From: a virus
Taxonomy: Duplodnaviria > Caudoviricetes
IMG/VR virus record: IMGVR_UViG_3300044580_000097
Location: 1-33,435 of that record
Reading direction: 5' to 3' (one strand)
DNA length: 33,435 bases
Each line of letters opens with the position of its first letter. Position 1 is the stretch's first letter. Made by a program: the position numbers and the translations under genes. Positions 25,688-33,435 of the stretch are shown here, in pieces. The notes below the pieces were generated by a model. That model worked only from the letters and a program-made list of their open reading frames with translations. It searched no databases and had not been told where the DNA came from.

Positions 25688-25706
25688 ATTATCCCGTGTT
25701 TGATTG

Positions 25707-26327
25707 TTATTTTAATTCCCAAAATTTCTCAGCGCCCTTGTCCCAGATAAGGTAAGGAGATCCACCTCCGAACCGGCTTTGCGGAAATGCCTTAAAACCC
25801 TCAACAAGTATCTTAACATTTGCGTCGTATTTCACCGACCGCGCCACCTCGCCCTTTGGCTCCTTACCATCTGCATGAGATATGAAGATGAATAACTTAT
25901 TTCTGAAGGTGTCTTTAAGGTCGATATACTCCTTGTATTTAAGCCCTGTGTATTGCAGCGAGTCAATTATTATCACCTGGGGAGATCGGCGTTTGGCAAG
26001 CCTTAATTTCAGGCTTTCAAGCGGCTCCTTATCCAGGAACATTACATTTCGCTCCACATCGTCAAACCCAATGTCAAGAATGGCGTTTTGCAGCGAAACA
26101 GACAGCCCCTCCTCAAGTGAGTTATACGCTACTCGCACGTAGCTCGACAGGTATTTCGCCAATTGTAGTGCAAACCTGGTTTTCCCGTTTGATGAGTTTC
26201 CCCAGATAATCCAGGATCCCGTTAACTCCGGAGATCCGATACAAGAGAGCCACTCCCCGTCGAATGTCAATGTATGAGCCTTGTATGCTCGTATGTCTTT
26301 TACGGATAAAGCCCTTCTCGCCCGCAT
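25707..26327 (-). CDS. RadA/Sms-like P-loop ATPase
   Basis: Walker A GNSSNGKT, SLEEG, Walker B IIIDSLQY. Confidence 0.8.
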   Translation of the reverse strand: MRARRALSVKDIRAYKAHTLTFDGEWLSCIGSPELTGSWIIWGNSSNGKTRFALQLAKYLSSYVRVAYNSLEEGLSVSLQNAILDIGFDDVERNVMFLDKEPLESLKLRLAKRRSPQVIIIDSLQYTGLKYKEYIDLKDTFRNKLFIFISHADGKEPKGEVARSVKYDANVKILVEGFKAFPQSRFGGGSPYLIWDKGAEKFWELK

Positions 26328-26359
26328 TTAATCAGCCTTTAAACAGTTTAAAAAAGTGG

Positions 26360-27205
26360 TTACAAACTCGTTTTGATAGCGTGTATTTTTCTTTTCACGC
26401 GGCGAAGATCGCCCTCGCTGTCATATATCACCTCGTCGATCAGCTTCTTGTCCTCGATGCCATTTTCAAGGCATACGCTGGTAATATCACCCGCGGATAC
26501 ACCTTTAAGCTCGATACACTTGCGGCCGATCCGGCTCCATATCTCGTTGTAACCCTTTTTATTCAACTTAATACCACGCTTGAGACGTTTCTCAAGGTGG
26601 TTGGTTGCGCACAACACGATGCCGCACTCATCCTCCAGCTGGTTGTACATTGTAATGAAGAAATACAACACCTGGTCGCTCAGCTTGTCGGCTTCATCAA
26701 GAATAAGAAGCGGCTTATCCTGCATCTTGAGACCTCTCACAGCTTCGCTCATCATTTCCCCGACAGTATATCCGCTGTAGTCTTTTCCCATTGCCGAAAG
26801 CAACTCAGCAAGAAATAGCTTGCGATTCCAGTACTCGTTGCAGCATAGCATATAAACACGCTTTGTTTGTTCCGCATAGTTGCGAATTGTGAATGTCTTT
26901 CCGGTGCCGGCGCTTCCGGTGATTGCAAGTACCAGGCTGCTTTCCTTGGCATCAGACAAAAGGCGATTAATTACCTTGTAGTCGCGTGTTTCAACCGCCG
27001 ACCAGGCTTCATCCCTGTAGCCAATTTGCGAGGCCACGTTGCGCCACATATCATCCTTAATCAACTCCCAGTTCCCGTTCAACATTTGGCTGATTGTTGC
27101 CGGGCTTACGCCTTTCATCGAAGCAGCTGCTTTGTTTTGCGATTCATAACGCTCGCAATACTGTCGTAGGCGAGTGATGATTTGTTGTTTTTTCGTGTTG
27201 TTCAT
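26360..27205 (-). CDS. Transposition ATPase (MuB-like AAA+)
   Basis: N-terminal HTH, Walker A GSAGTGKT, Walker B LILDEADKL; directly after transposase; ATG 27205 preferred. Confidence 0.9.
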   Translation of the reverse strand: MNNTKKQQIITRLRQYCERYESQNKAAASMKGVSPATISQMLNGNWELIKDDMWRNVASQIGYRDEAWSAVETRDYKVINRLLSDAKESSLVLAITGSAGTGKTFTIRNYAEQTKRVYMLCCNEYWNRKLFLAELLSAMGKDYSGYTVGEMMSEAVRGLKMQDKPLLILDEADKLSDQVLYFFITMYNQLEDECGIVLCATNHLEKRLKRGIKLNKKGYNEIWSRIGRKCIELKGVSAGDITSVCLENGIEDKKLIDEVIYDSEGDLRRVKRKIHAIKTSL

Positions 27206-27206
27206 T

Positions 27207-29204
27207 TCAATACATGTTATAAAGGTTAATATCTTCGTCATCGTCTGAGGACAATTGTCCGTTTACTTTTGTTTTTTTAGCCCCAGCGGCCGGCAGCTTG
27301 TTGCGCCTATCCTTGTGTTGTCCGTGGCTATCCGCTATCATAAGTCTGTTGAGGGTTTCGAGTTGGGGTAACAGCTGAATGAAATCTTTAACGTTGTCCT
27401 CCATCCCGGCTACACGGTTAGCCACTTTCTCGGTAAGTTGTTTGTTGAACGCCCGAACGCGCTGTAGCTGATCACTGTCTCCATCCTCGCGGTCCTTAAG
27501 TGCCATTGGCTGCACATATTTAGTTTCAAGAAGATACCGCAAAGACTCATCTTCTGAAACAGCCAGCACTTGACTAAGATCCTGCGGGTCATACTTCACG
27601 TACCATTTAATCGAAAGGTGATCGCGGAAGGTGATATCGAAACTGTCGTAATCGCGTTTTTGTCCATTAATTGTCGGGTGAAGTCCCGATGCCTGCATCA
27701 TGATAGGACGCTCTGTTACCAGTCCGAAGTGCATCAGGTAGTGTTCGCGGGTAAGCTCTATTTTGTTCTCCTCCGGCACCGAGTCCCACATCGACATATA
27801 TTTTCCTTGCAGCTCGGCACGTTCGGCCGATATCATGCGGTCTATCTGTTCACAAACACCTTCAAAGTCAGGGAACTGTTTGCGGATCTTATTCAAAAAG
27901 TCAGGGTTTGGCTGATTCTCACGATTTGTTGTTATACCGAAGCCAGACCAGTTGCCCTGCATTTGACAATATTTTTTATTGAAATAATTAAACCAGGGCT
28001 CGATAACCTTGGCTTTGGCGTTGTGTGCCTGCGCGGGGGTGTACTTTTCTCCAAGAGCCTGGTAGTATGGTGACATTTTTTTATGAGCATACCGGTCGCT
28101 TTGAATTTGATGTGCACGGTACATTTTGCCAAACAGCTGCTGTGTGTGACGGGCAGCATTTCTAAGGGCTTCCTGTATAAGTTCCGGGCACTCGTTTGTG
28201 CCTATGGCATAACCCAGTGGATATTTGCAACAAGGATCCATAATTATTACCGCCGTTACCCGGTTGTGGTAGGTTGTATTTGAATACCCGGTGCGTTTGT
28301 TGGTCTCCGTTTTCTGATACAGCAGTTCGACATCCCATCCATCGAGCGTAAGGTAATACAGTGGAGCAGTAGGTGCAGATCGCTTAACCTGCATTGTTTT
28401 TTTGTTCTTAAACGCTGTCACTCCACGGCGACGGGCGTATAAGTCTGTTTCGTTTCTCTCCCGCCATATCGAAACTGTACCGGTGGTAATCTTTTTCCAT
28501 CCCGCCTGTTCAGCCAGCGTGTTGTACATCCTCATCACTTGTGAGTTGTCGAAATTGCGCGGATCCGAAATAAGGAATAGCAGCATGTCAGCCTTCACTT
28601 CGTCATCAACACGGGCAGCGTTTGAGTTACAGAAATTCTTATGGATAAGGCTAATAGGCCCCTCTTTGACAAAACGTGTGTATTTCTCCTGAAGTCTTCG
28701 CGCATTAGCCGGCAGGGTGTGATCGTATAACTTGCGGTCAAGTTCCTGGCATCCCTCACTGATTACATCCCACTTGGCCGTGAAACGCTTGCCTTTGGCT
28801 TTCCACATGGCCCGCTTTTCGCCCAGCATCTTGTGTATTGCTTTCAGCACGATAGCATTAGTGTAGTATTCCAGTCTTGTCTCCTTGGGTATCCTCCTAC
28901 CGTTGTCAAAACTATAATCGTCAAAATACTGGCTCAGCTTAGCATCGTGCTCGATATTTATCTCGATTTGGCTTTTCTTCACATCCTGATACGGACTTCT
29001 CCCAAGCCTCTCAACAACTGCCCGCTTGAACCGATCAGGCATCGACTCGTAGTCTATCATTGCCGGTGTGTTGCGACAGCCACGACGGACAACCCTCATC
29101 TTGTGATATCTCTTCAGGTTATCATAATCGAATTTCGATATAATCTCCTGGTCTATCAACCAGCCGGCCTCAATTGCCAAATTGTTATTTACATAATCTA
29201 CCAT
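27207..29204 (-). CDS. DDE transposase (MuA-like)
   Basis: 665 aa; TLDGWD (D), QSDRY (D), AKVIEPWF (E). Confidence 0.9.
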   Translation of the reverse strand: MVDYVNNNLAIEAGWLIDQEIISKFDYDNLKRYHKMRVVRRGCRNTPAMIDYESMPDRFKRAVVERLGRSPYQDVKKSQIEINIEHDAKLSQYFDDYSFDNGRRIPKETRLEYYTNAIVLKAIHKMLGEKRAMWKAKGKRFTAKWDVISEGCQELDRKLYDHTLPANARRLQEKYTRFVKEGPISLIHKNFCNSNAARVDDEVKADMLLFLISDPRNFDNSQVMRMYNTLAEQAGWKKITTGTVSIWRERNETDLYARRRGVTAFKNKKTMQVKRSAPTAPLYYLTLDGWDVELLYQKTETNKRTGYSNTTYHNRVTAVIIMDPCCKYPLGYAIGTNECPELIQEALRNAARHTQQLFGKMYRAHQIQSDRYAHKKMSPYYQALGEKYTPAQAHNAKAKVIEPWFNYFNKKYCQMQGNWSGFGITTNRENQPNPDFLNKIRKQFPDFEGVCEQIDRMISAERAELQGKYMSMWDSVPEENKIELTREHYLMHFGLVTERPIMMQASGLHPTINGQKRDYDSFDITFRDHLSIKWYVKYDPQDLSQVLAVSEDESLRYLLETKYVQPMALKDREDGDSDQLQRVRAFNKQLTEKVANRVAGMEDNVKDFIQLLPQLETLNRLMIADSHGQHKDRRNKLPAAGAKKTKVNGQLSSDDDEDINLYNMY

Positions 29205-29223
29205 AATAAACTCTTTTTTAAAG

Positions 29224-29519
29224 CCGGTCTCTCCCGGCTGTCAGGTTCTTTCACCTTGTCACTTCACTTGTGTCATCTCCGGATCACTTAAGATCCGGCT
29301 GCGTGCTTTCCGGCTACTCTTATCGTTTCAAAGGCTTTTGCTGAAAAGGCAATCGCCAGTTATATGTCCTGTTTCCAATAGCCCACAGGACCCGACACCC
29401 TCGTACTCATCACGCATCTCTTTGCTTATTGGGGTATGTTCCGGAGCGGGTAACGAGCCCGCGTAAACACCAGGGTGAGAAGTCCTCTGTTTTTCCGGTA
29501 CCGGTCTTTCCCGGCTGTC
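29224..29519 (-). repeat. Structured leader bounded by a 19-bp direct repeat GACAGCCGGGA(A/G)AGACCGG
   Basis: 29224-29242 and 29501-29519 match 18/19; internal hairpins at 29279-29298 and 29446-29462. Confidence 0.75.
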
Positions 29520-29535
29520 TTTCAAAAAATAATAC

Positions 29536-29543
29536 TAACTTTG
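29536..29543 (+). promoter_or_regulatory. -7 promoter box for antisense Zn-ribbon gene
   Basis: TAACTTTG about 30 nt upstream of ATG 29573. Confidence 0.55.
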
Positions 29544-29572
29544 CCTGCGTCTAACCAATTAAAATCAGTATT

Positions 29573-29767
29573 ATGTCATTACCAAAATGTCCGACTTGTG
29601 GAAATCACAATTTTTCGCTTGAAGAATTAAATGTCTCAAAATCAAATTTTAGAATTTTTGGAGTATGCTGCTCTTCGTGCGGGACTGTAGTAGGAACTCA
29701 AGAGTATTTTAATATAAGTAGCTTAATCCATCAATTAGCTGAAAAACTAAATGTTCGAATCAATTAG
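29573..29767 (+). CDS. Small Zn-ribbon protein (moron, opposite strand)
   Basis: CPTCG...CCSSCG; AT-rich; own promoter box. Confidence 0.7.
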   Translation: MSLPKCPTCGNHNFSLEELNVSKSNFRIFGVCCSSCGTVVGTQEYFNISSLIHQLAEKLNVRIN

Positions 29768-29946
29768 TAATACTCAATTTTTTTCACTTCAACGGATAAC
29801 TTAGGTTCATCTGTTGAGTTGCAACATGAGCTTGAAGTCACCATTGTAACTTCTACACCAAATTCACGCTCTAATTCAGCTATCATTTTTAATAGCTCAG
29901 AAGTTTTTTGCCTTAATGCTTCTGCTTTTTCTACAATTTTTTCCAT
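29764..29946 (-). CDS. Hypothetical early protein
   Basis: 60 aa, follows TM micro-gene by 4 nt. Confidence 0.5.
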   Translation of the reverse strand: MEKIVEKAEALRQKTSELLKMIAELEREFGVEVTMVTSSSCCNSTDEPKLSVEVKKIEYY

Positions 29947-29950
29947 GTGA

Positions 29951-30085
29951 TTATAAATTTTGAATAATAAACCTTGTTATTTGAATTCCGAAAAACACCA
30001 CGCCGTATATAGCGACAGCGGTGTAGAAAATCTTTTCCGCTTTCGCGGTAAAGATGCTTCGTGATTTTTCTTTCCTTGCTTTCAT
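29951..30085 (-). CDS. 44-aa single-TM protein
   Basis: Read manually: MKARKEKSRSIFTAKAEKIFYTAVAIYGVVFFGIQITRFIIQNL. Confidence 0.5.
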   Translation of the reverse strand: MKARKEKSRSIFTAKAEKIFYTAVAIYGVVFFGIQITRFIIQNL

Positions 30086-30088
30086 ATA

Positions 30089-30280
30089 CTATTTATTTAA
30101 AGGTTGATACTCTGTTCCTCCGCGCTCAACGGCCGCTTTCCGGATCCGGCGTTGCATGTCCGTGTTTTCCGATCCACCCAACGCTTTTGTCACTGTCACA
30201 TAAGATGTTTTGAATAACTCTTTAAGATACTTACGCTCTCCGTGGGCTACCAGAATCTTAGATTTTTTTGCTTTTAACAT
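30089..30280 (-). CDS. Ner/Cro-like HTH regulator
   Basis: YLKELFKTSYVTVTKAL...RIRKAAVERGG; divergent from repressor; ATG 30280 preferred. Confidence 0.7.
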   Translation of the reverse strand: MLKAKKSKILVAHGERKYLKELFKTSYVTVTKALGGSENTDMQRRIRKAAVERGGTEYQPLNK

Positions 30281-30325
30281 TGTTTTCAGTTTATATTTTC
30301 TACCTTTACGGCCTGTTTTAATTTG

Positions 30326-30397
30326 AAACACTTTGCAAATATATAAACACTTTGTGAATTAACAACACATTCTGTGTATTTATTTCACGCAATGTTT
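30326..30397. promoter_or_regulatory. Early promoter (-7 box TATATTTG at 30343-30336) overlapped by operator repeats AAACACTTTG(C/T)(A/G)AAT
   Basis: Copies at 30326-30340 and 30345-30359; degenerate copies at 30365-30379 and, inverted, 30383-30397. Confidence 0.7.
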
Positions 30398-30415
30398 ATG
30401 TTATAAAACATATTT

Positions 30416-31054
30416 ATGAATAAAGTTTTGATTCTAAATAAAATAAGAGAGCATTATGAACTTTCTAAAAATGTTGATTTTGCCAATTTCCTGGGTATCA
30501 CTCCCCAAGCACTTAGCAATTGGTACAAAAGAGATACGTATGATTTAGATGTATTATTCACAAAGTGTGAAGATTTTAGTCCCGAGTGGTTAATTAGCGG
30601 TAATGGTCCGATGTTGAAGTCGGATCTTCCCTGTGCAACAAAGTCAGAATACCTTTCCAGCCAAGGAATCCCATTGATACCCGTTAGCGCTTTTGCCGGA
30701 ATTGCATCTGGTGAGGTCTCAGTCCTCGAGTATGAATGTGAGCGCTACATAATTCCTCTTTTTAAGGACGCCGAATTTTTAATACCAGTTAAAGGATCCT
30801 CCATGATTCCGAAATACAGCTCCGGCGACATTGTGGCGTGTAAAAAGCTTTCATTAAATGATATTTTCTTTCAATGGAACAAAGTATATGTACTCGATAC
30901 CGATCAGGGAGTCCTGGTTAAGCGTGTACACAAGTCCCCGGATCCGGATCATATAAAAATCGTAAGCGAAAATCCGAAATACGAGCCTTTTGATTTACAT
31001 ATATCCAAAATACATGCAATTGCCATTGTAATAGGTGTTGTACGTTTAGAGTGA
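30416..31054 (+). CDS. CI-like repressor with S24 autopeptidase
   Basis: HTH FANFLGITPQALSNW; AFAG cleavage site; GSSMIP Ser and VKRV Lys. Confidence 0.92.
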   Translation: MNKVLILNKIREHYELSKNVDFANFLGITPQALSNWYKRDTYDLDVLFTKCEDFSPEWLISGNGPMLKSDLPCATKSEYLSSQGIPLIPVSAFAGIASGEVSVLEYECERYIIPLFKDAEFLIPVKGSSMIPKYSSGDIVACKKLSLNDIFFQWNKVYVLDTDQGVLVKRVHKSPDPDHIKIVSENPKYEPFDLHISKIHAIAIVIGVVRLE

Positions 31055-31251
31055 CAGAAAAAACGGGAAAAAACAGGAGGGGGAGGCTCAAAATTCATTA
31101 AAAAACAGCTCAAAACACGAAATATCAACGCTTTATAGCGTTTTTTTTGTGTAAAAATGTGGCTTTATAGGGTATTTAAAAGGCGTTTTTAACTCTAATT
31201 TAACCAGAATTAACCACATATTAACGAGATACGAGCATAAAAAAACCGTGT

Positions 31252-31287
31252 TTTTACTGCCCATTTTACTGCCCAATTGACCGCCCA
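31252..31287. repeat. 12-bp tandem repeat x3 near prophage end (candidate pac site)
   Basis: TTTTACTGCCCA, TTTTACTGCCCA, ATTGACCGCCCA. Confidence 0.7.
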
Positions 31288-31470
31288 ATACGTTTTTTTT
31301 CTATTTTTCGGCACAAAAAAACCCGCTCATAAGAGCAGGATCCACACATAATACACGGCCCGTTTTGACGTTTTACGTTATTATCTTATATTTGTATCCA
31401 GTATCGGCAAAGCCTTTTAAAATGCGGCATTTATGGTGTTTTTAATCCCCTTTCAATCACTCTTTAAACG

Positions 31471-31631
31471 ATAATTAAACATACCGGCCCGAAATTAAAC
31501 AAAAAGCGTCCGAAAATTAAACCAGAATTAAAGTAAATGTACAATTTGTTTTTTGTTGTTCTTGGTTTATTCGTTTGATTATCAATTGTTAATGTATTTA
31601 AGTTTATGTACAATTTGTTTTATGCCCTGTA
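31471..31631. repeat. Prophage terminal region with candidate transposase-binding repeats
   Basis: ATGTACAATTTGTTTT exact at 31537-31552 and 31606-31621; several AATTAAA(C) copies at 31471-31532. Confidence 0.7.
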
Positions 31632-31696
31632 TTTTGAAGGAGAAAAAATTAAATTATATAATTAGTTTTAAAATTGATAACGTTAAATAAATTCTC

Positions 31697-33352
31697 ATGA
31701 AATTTATTATAAATGTATTTGTTTTAGCAACATTATTGTTATTAAACAACTTGACTTTTGCCCAGCAATCACCTGTTAAATATCAGCATATGATCATTTA
31801 TGGTCAAAGTTTGTCGATTGGAGAACAATCTTATCCTATACTTTCAACTGATAATGTTGCGAATAATTACAAAATTGGGAATCAGATATGGAGTAATTGG
31901 CCTAGCTCTGTTAATATGACGACCTTAACGCCGCTAGTTGCAACATACCAAGGAGTGATCCATCGGAATAAAGAAGCAAATATTCTTGGAGAATGTCCAT
32001 TGATAGGAGCTGTTAATCATATTCAATTAAAAACAAATTCTGAAAAGATTATAGCGACTTCGTGTGGTGTTGGTGGTAAAACTATTGAAGAACTATCAAA
32101 AGAATATACGTTACTAACGCCTAACCTTTACACAAATATAACGAATGCCCTTCGATATGCTATGACTATAGCTACACAAAACAACTACATAATTAATTGT
32201 CCTGCAATTTTTTGGATGCAGGGTGAATATAATTACTTGGGAATAGGAAAGAGTTTTATTGCAAATACTAAGCCAACTTTTGACAAAGTTGAGTATAAGA
32301 ATTTGTTAGTCAAGTTAAAAAATAATATGCAGACTGACATTCAAAATGCATATGGTCAAGATCAAAAACCAGTATTTATAACTTATCAAACTGGTGCACA
32401 GTATACTACGGGCAGATATTTGACAATTGGAATGGCACAGCTAGAAGCATCAAATGAAAATAATGATATTATTTGTGCCGGGCCTGTTTATCAAATGACA
32501 GACAGAGGAGGACATTTAGATCCAAATGGTTATAGATGGTATGGTGAATTATTTGGAAAGGTATATTATAAAACACAAATCTTAAAAGAAAATTTTAAAC
32601 CGCTGCAACCAAAGGTCATTTCGAGAACAGAGAATTTAAAAAAGTTGAAAATTCAATTTTTAGTTCCCCAAATGCCACTTGTTTTAGATACGTTTACTTT
32701 GCCCAAAACGCCTGATTATGGATTTGAAATATATAAAAATGGATCGAAACAATTGATAACTGATGTTTCAGTAGATGGAGACTGTGTTTATTTAACGAGC
32801 TCAACTGATTTAGATTTAAACTCAGTGATTGATGTTGTTTATGCCGGTCCAAATTTCAAGGGTAATGGAAATCTAAGAGATAATGATGACTACACAGCTT
32901 TTTATAATTATATTGATTTAGATAAAAAGAATTCTGACAACAGTTTTTTTTATCCAAGAGATTCAACATCTTTAAGACCATCATTTGAACCAAAAGACAC
33001 AAATGGGAATGTAATTTATAACAAACCTTATCCATTATACAATTTCAGCGTCGCCTTTTATTATCGAATTGCGAGAAACTCTGAAAAATACGTTGTGCCT
33101 AATTTAACAACAATCACTGATGTGGAGAAAACAATTAGTAATGACCATATATATTTCTCAGGATCAAAATTGTATTTAAACAATTCAGAAAATGAATTGT
33201 ATTATATTGAGATTTTTGATTTAAATGGTCAACTCATGGCAAAATTTGAAACTTGTCAAAATGAATTCTCATTGTCAAATCTTGTAAAAGGGAACTACAT
33301 TGTTAAGACATACTCAAGTAACAATATTTCAATTATTAAAATTAAAATATGA
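31697..33352 (+). CDS. Host secreted SGNH esterase (sialate O-acetylesterase/CE6-like) with T9SS C-terminal domain
   Basis: Signal peptide; GQSL, WMQGE, DRGGHL motifs; C-terminal IFDLNGQ...LVKGNYIVK...IIKIKI. Confidence 0.8.
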   Translation: MKFIINVFVLATLLLLNNLTFAQQSPVKYQHMIIYGQSLSIGEQSYPILSTDNVANNYKIGNQIWSNWPSSVNMTTLTPLVATYQGVIHRNKEANILGECPLIGAVNHIQLKTNSEKIIATSCGVGGKTIEELSKEYTLLTPNLYTNITNALRYAMTIATQNNYIINCPAIFWMQGEYNYLGIGKSFIANTKPTFDKVEYKNLLVKLKNNMQTDIQNAYGQDQKPVFITYQTGAQYTTGRYLTIGMAQLEASNENNDIICAGPVYQMTDRGGHLDPNGYRWYGELFGKVYYKTQILKENFKPLQPKVISRTENLKKLKIQFLVPQMPLVLDTFTLPKTPDYGFEIYKNGSKQLITDVSVDGDCVYLTSSTDLDLNSVIDVVYAGPNFKGNGNLRDNDDYTAFYNYIDLDKKNSDNSFFYPRDSTSLRPSFEPKDTNGNVIYNKPYPLYNFSVAFYYRIARNSEKYVVPNLTTITDVEKTISNDHIYFSGSKLYLNNSENELYYIEIFDLNGQLMAKFETCQNEFSLSNLVKGNYIVKTYSSNNISIIKIKI

Positions 33353-33435
33353 TAATCTGTTAATTTATTTTTATTTCAACTATTAGAGTTTATTTGAATT
33401 AATTTATTATACGATTGATTTTCAACAATATTCAT

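Larger units (their letters stand above)
1..31631. mobile_element. Mu-like transposable prophage (siphovirus-type tail), left end outside window; right end approximate
   Basis: DDE transposase + AAA ATPase pair, Mu gp16/gp27/gp28/gp29/gp30/gp36/gpG/gp37-like genes, repressor near one end, repeated terminal motifs at 31537-31621, then an AT-rich host gene. Confidence 0.95.

Noticed and set aside
29439-29500. Bona fide tRNA gene
   Set aside because: No D-arm, non-canonical T-loop, only a 5-bp acceptor-like stem; kept only as tRNA-like
29328-29525. 65-aa ORF upstream of transposase
   Set aside because: TTG start, lies over repeats and hairpins; better explained as structured RNA
31252-31621. 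CRISPR array
   Set aside because: Repeats are short, number 2-3 and lack regular spacers; no cas genes; fit phage-end sites
1-31631. Diversity-generating retroelement, Gin-type invertible segment, mom gene, tail sheath
   Set aside because: No reverse transcriptase, TR/VR pair, invertase, Mom or sheath ORF seen; the first three could lie beyond the left edge

Overview
Bases 1 to ~31630 are most of a Mu-like (transposable) siphovirus-type prophage in a Bacteroidota host; it continues past the left window edge inside a tail gene. From right to left: a terminal-repeat region (~31100-31630), a CI/S24 repressor and a divergent Ner/Cro-like gene, then a leftward early operon (DDE transposase A, ATPase B, RadA-like ATPase, GemA-like, DUF3164, DUF4494, HAD, HTH and HNH genes). 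Next come a BRO-N antirepressor module with a c4/CI-like structured RNA leader and an AT-rich two-gene moron (SDH/ClpP-fold protease plus a 68-aa protein). Two late operons diverge from ~11050. The rightward one encodes TerS, TerL, gp36-like, a portal-MuF-putative nuclease fusion, gpG-like and gp37-like proteins. The leftward one encodes protease/scaffold, capsid, amidase, holin, u-spanin, tail tube, G/GT chaperones, tape measure, Dit and a tail tip protein. A host T9SS-secreted SGNH esterase lies right of the prophage. Most notable: (1) the portal-MuF-nuclease fusion, which carries a -1 frameshift cassette, repeated LADT motifs (candidate protease sites) and a convergent small-RNA unit with an anticodon-like loop in place of an immunity gene; (2) the insulated protease moron; (3) a capsid with an N-terminal hydrophobic hairpin; (4) the c4-like RNA switch. 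All family calls come from reading motifs and synteny; no searches were run.
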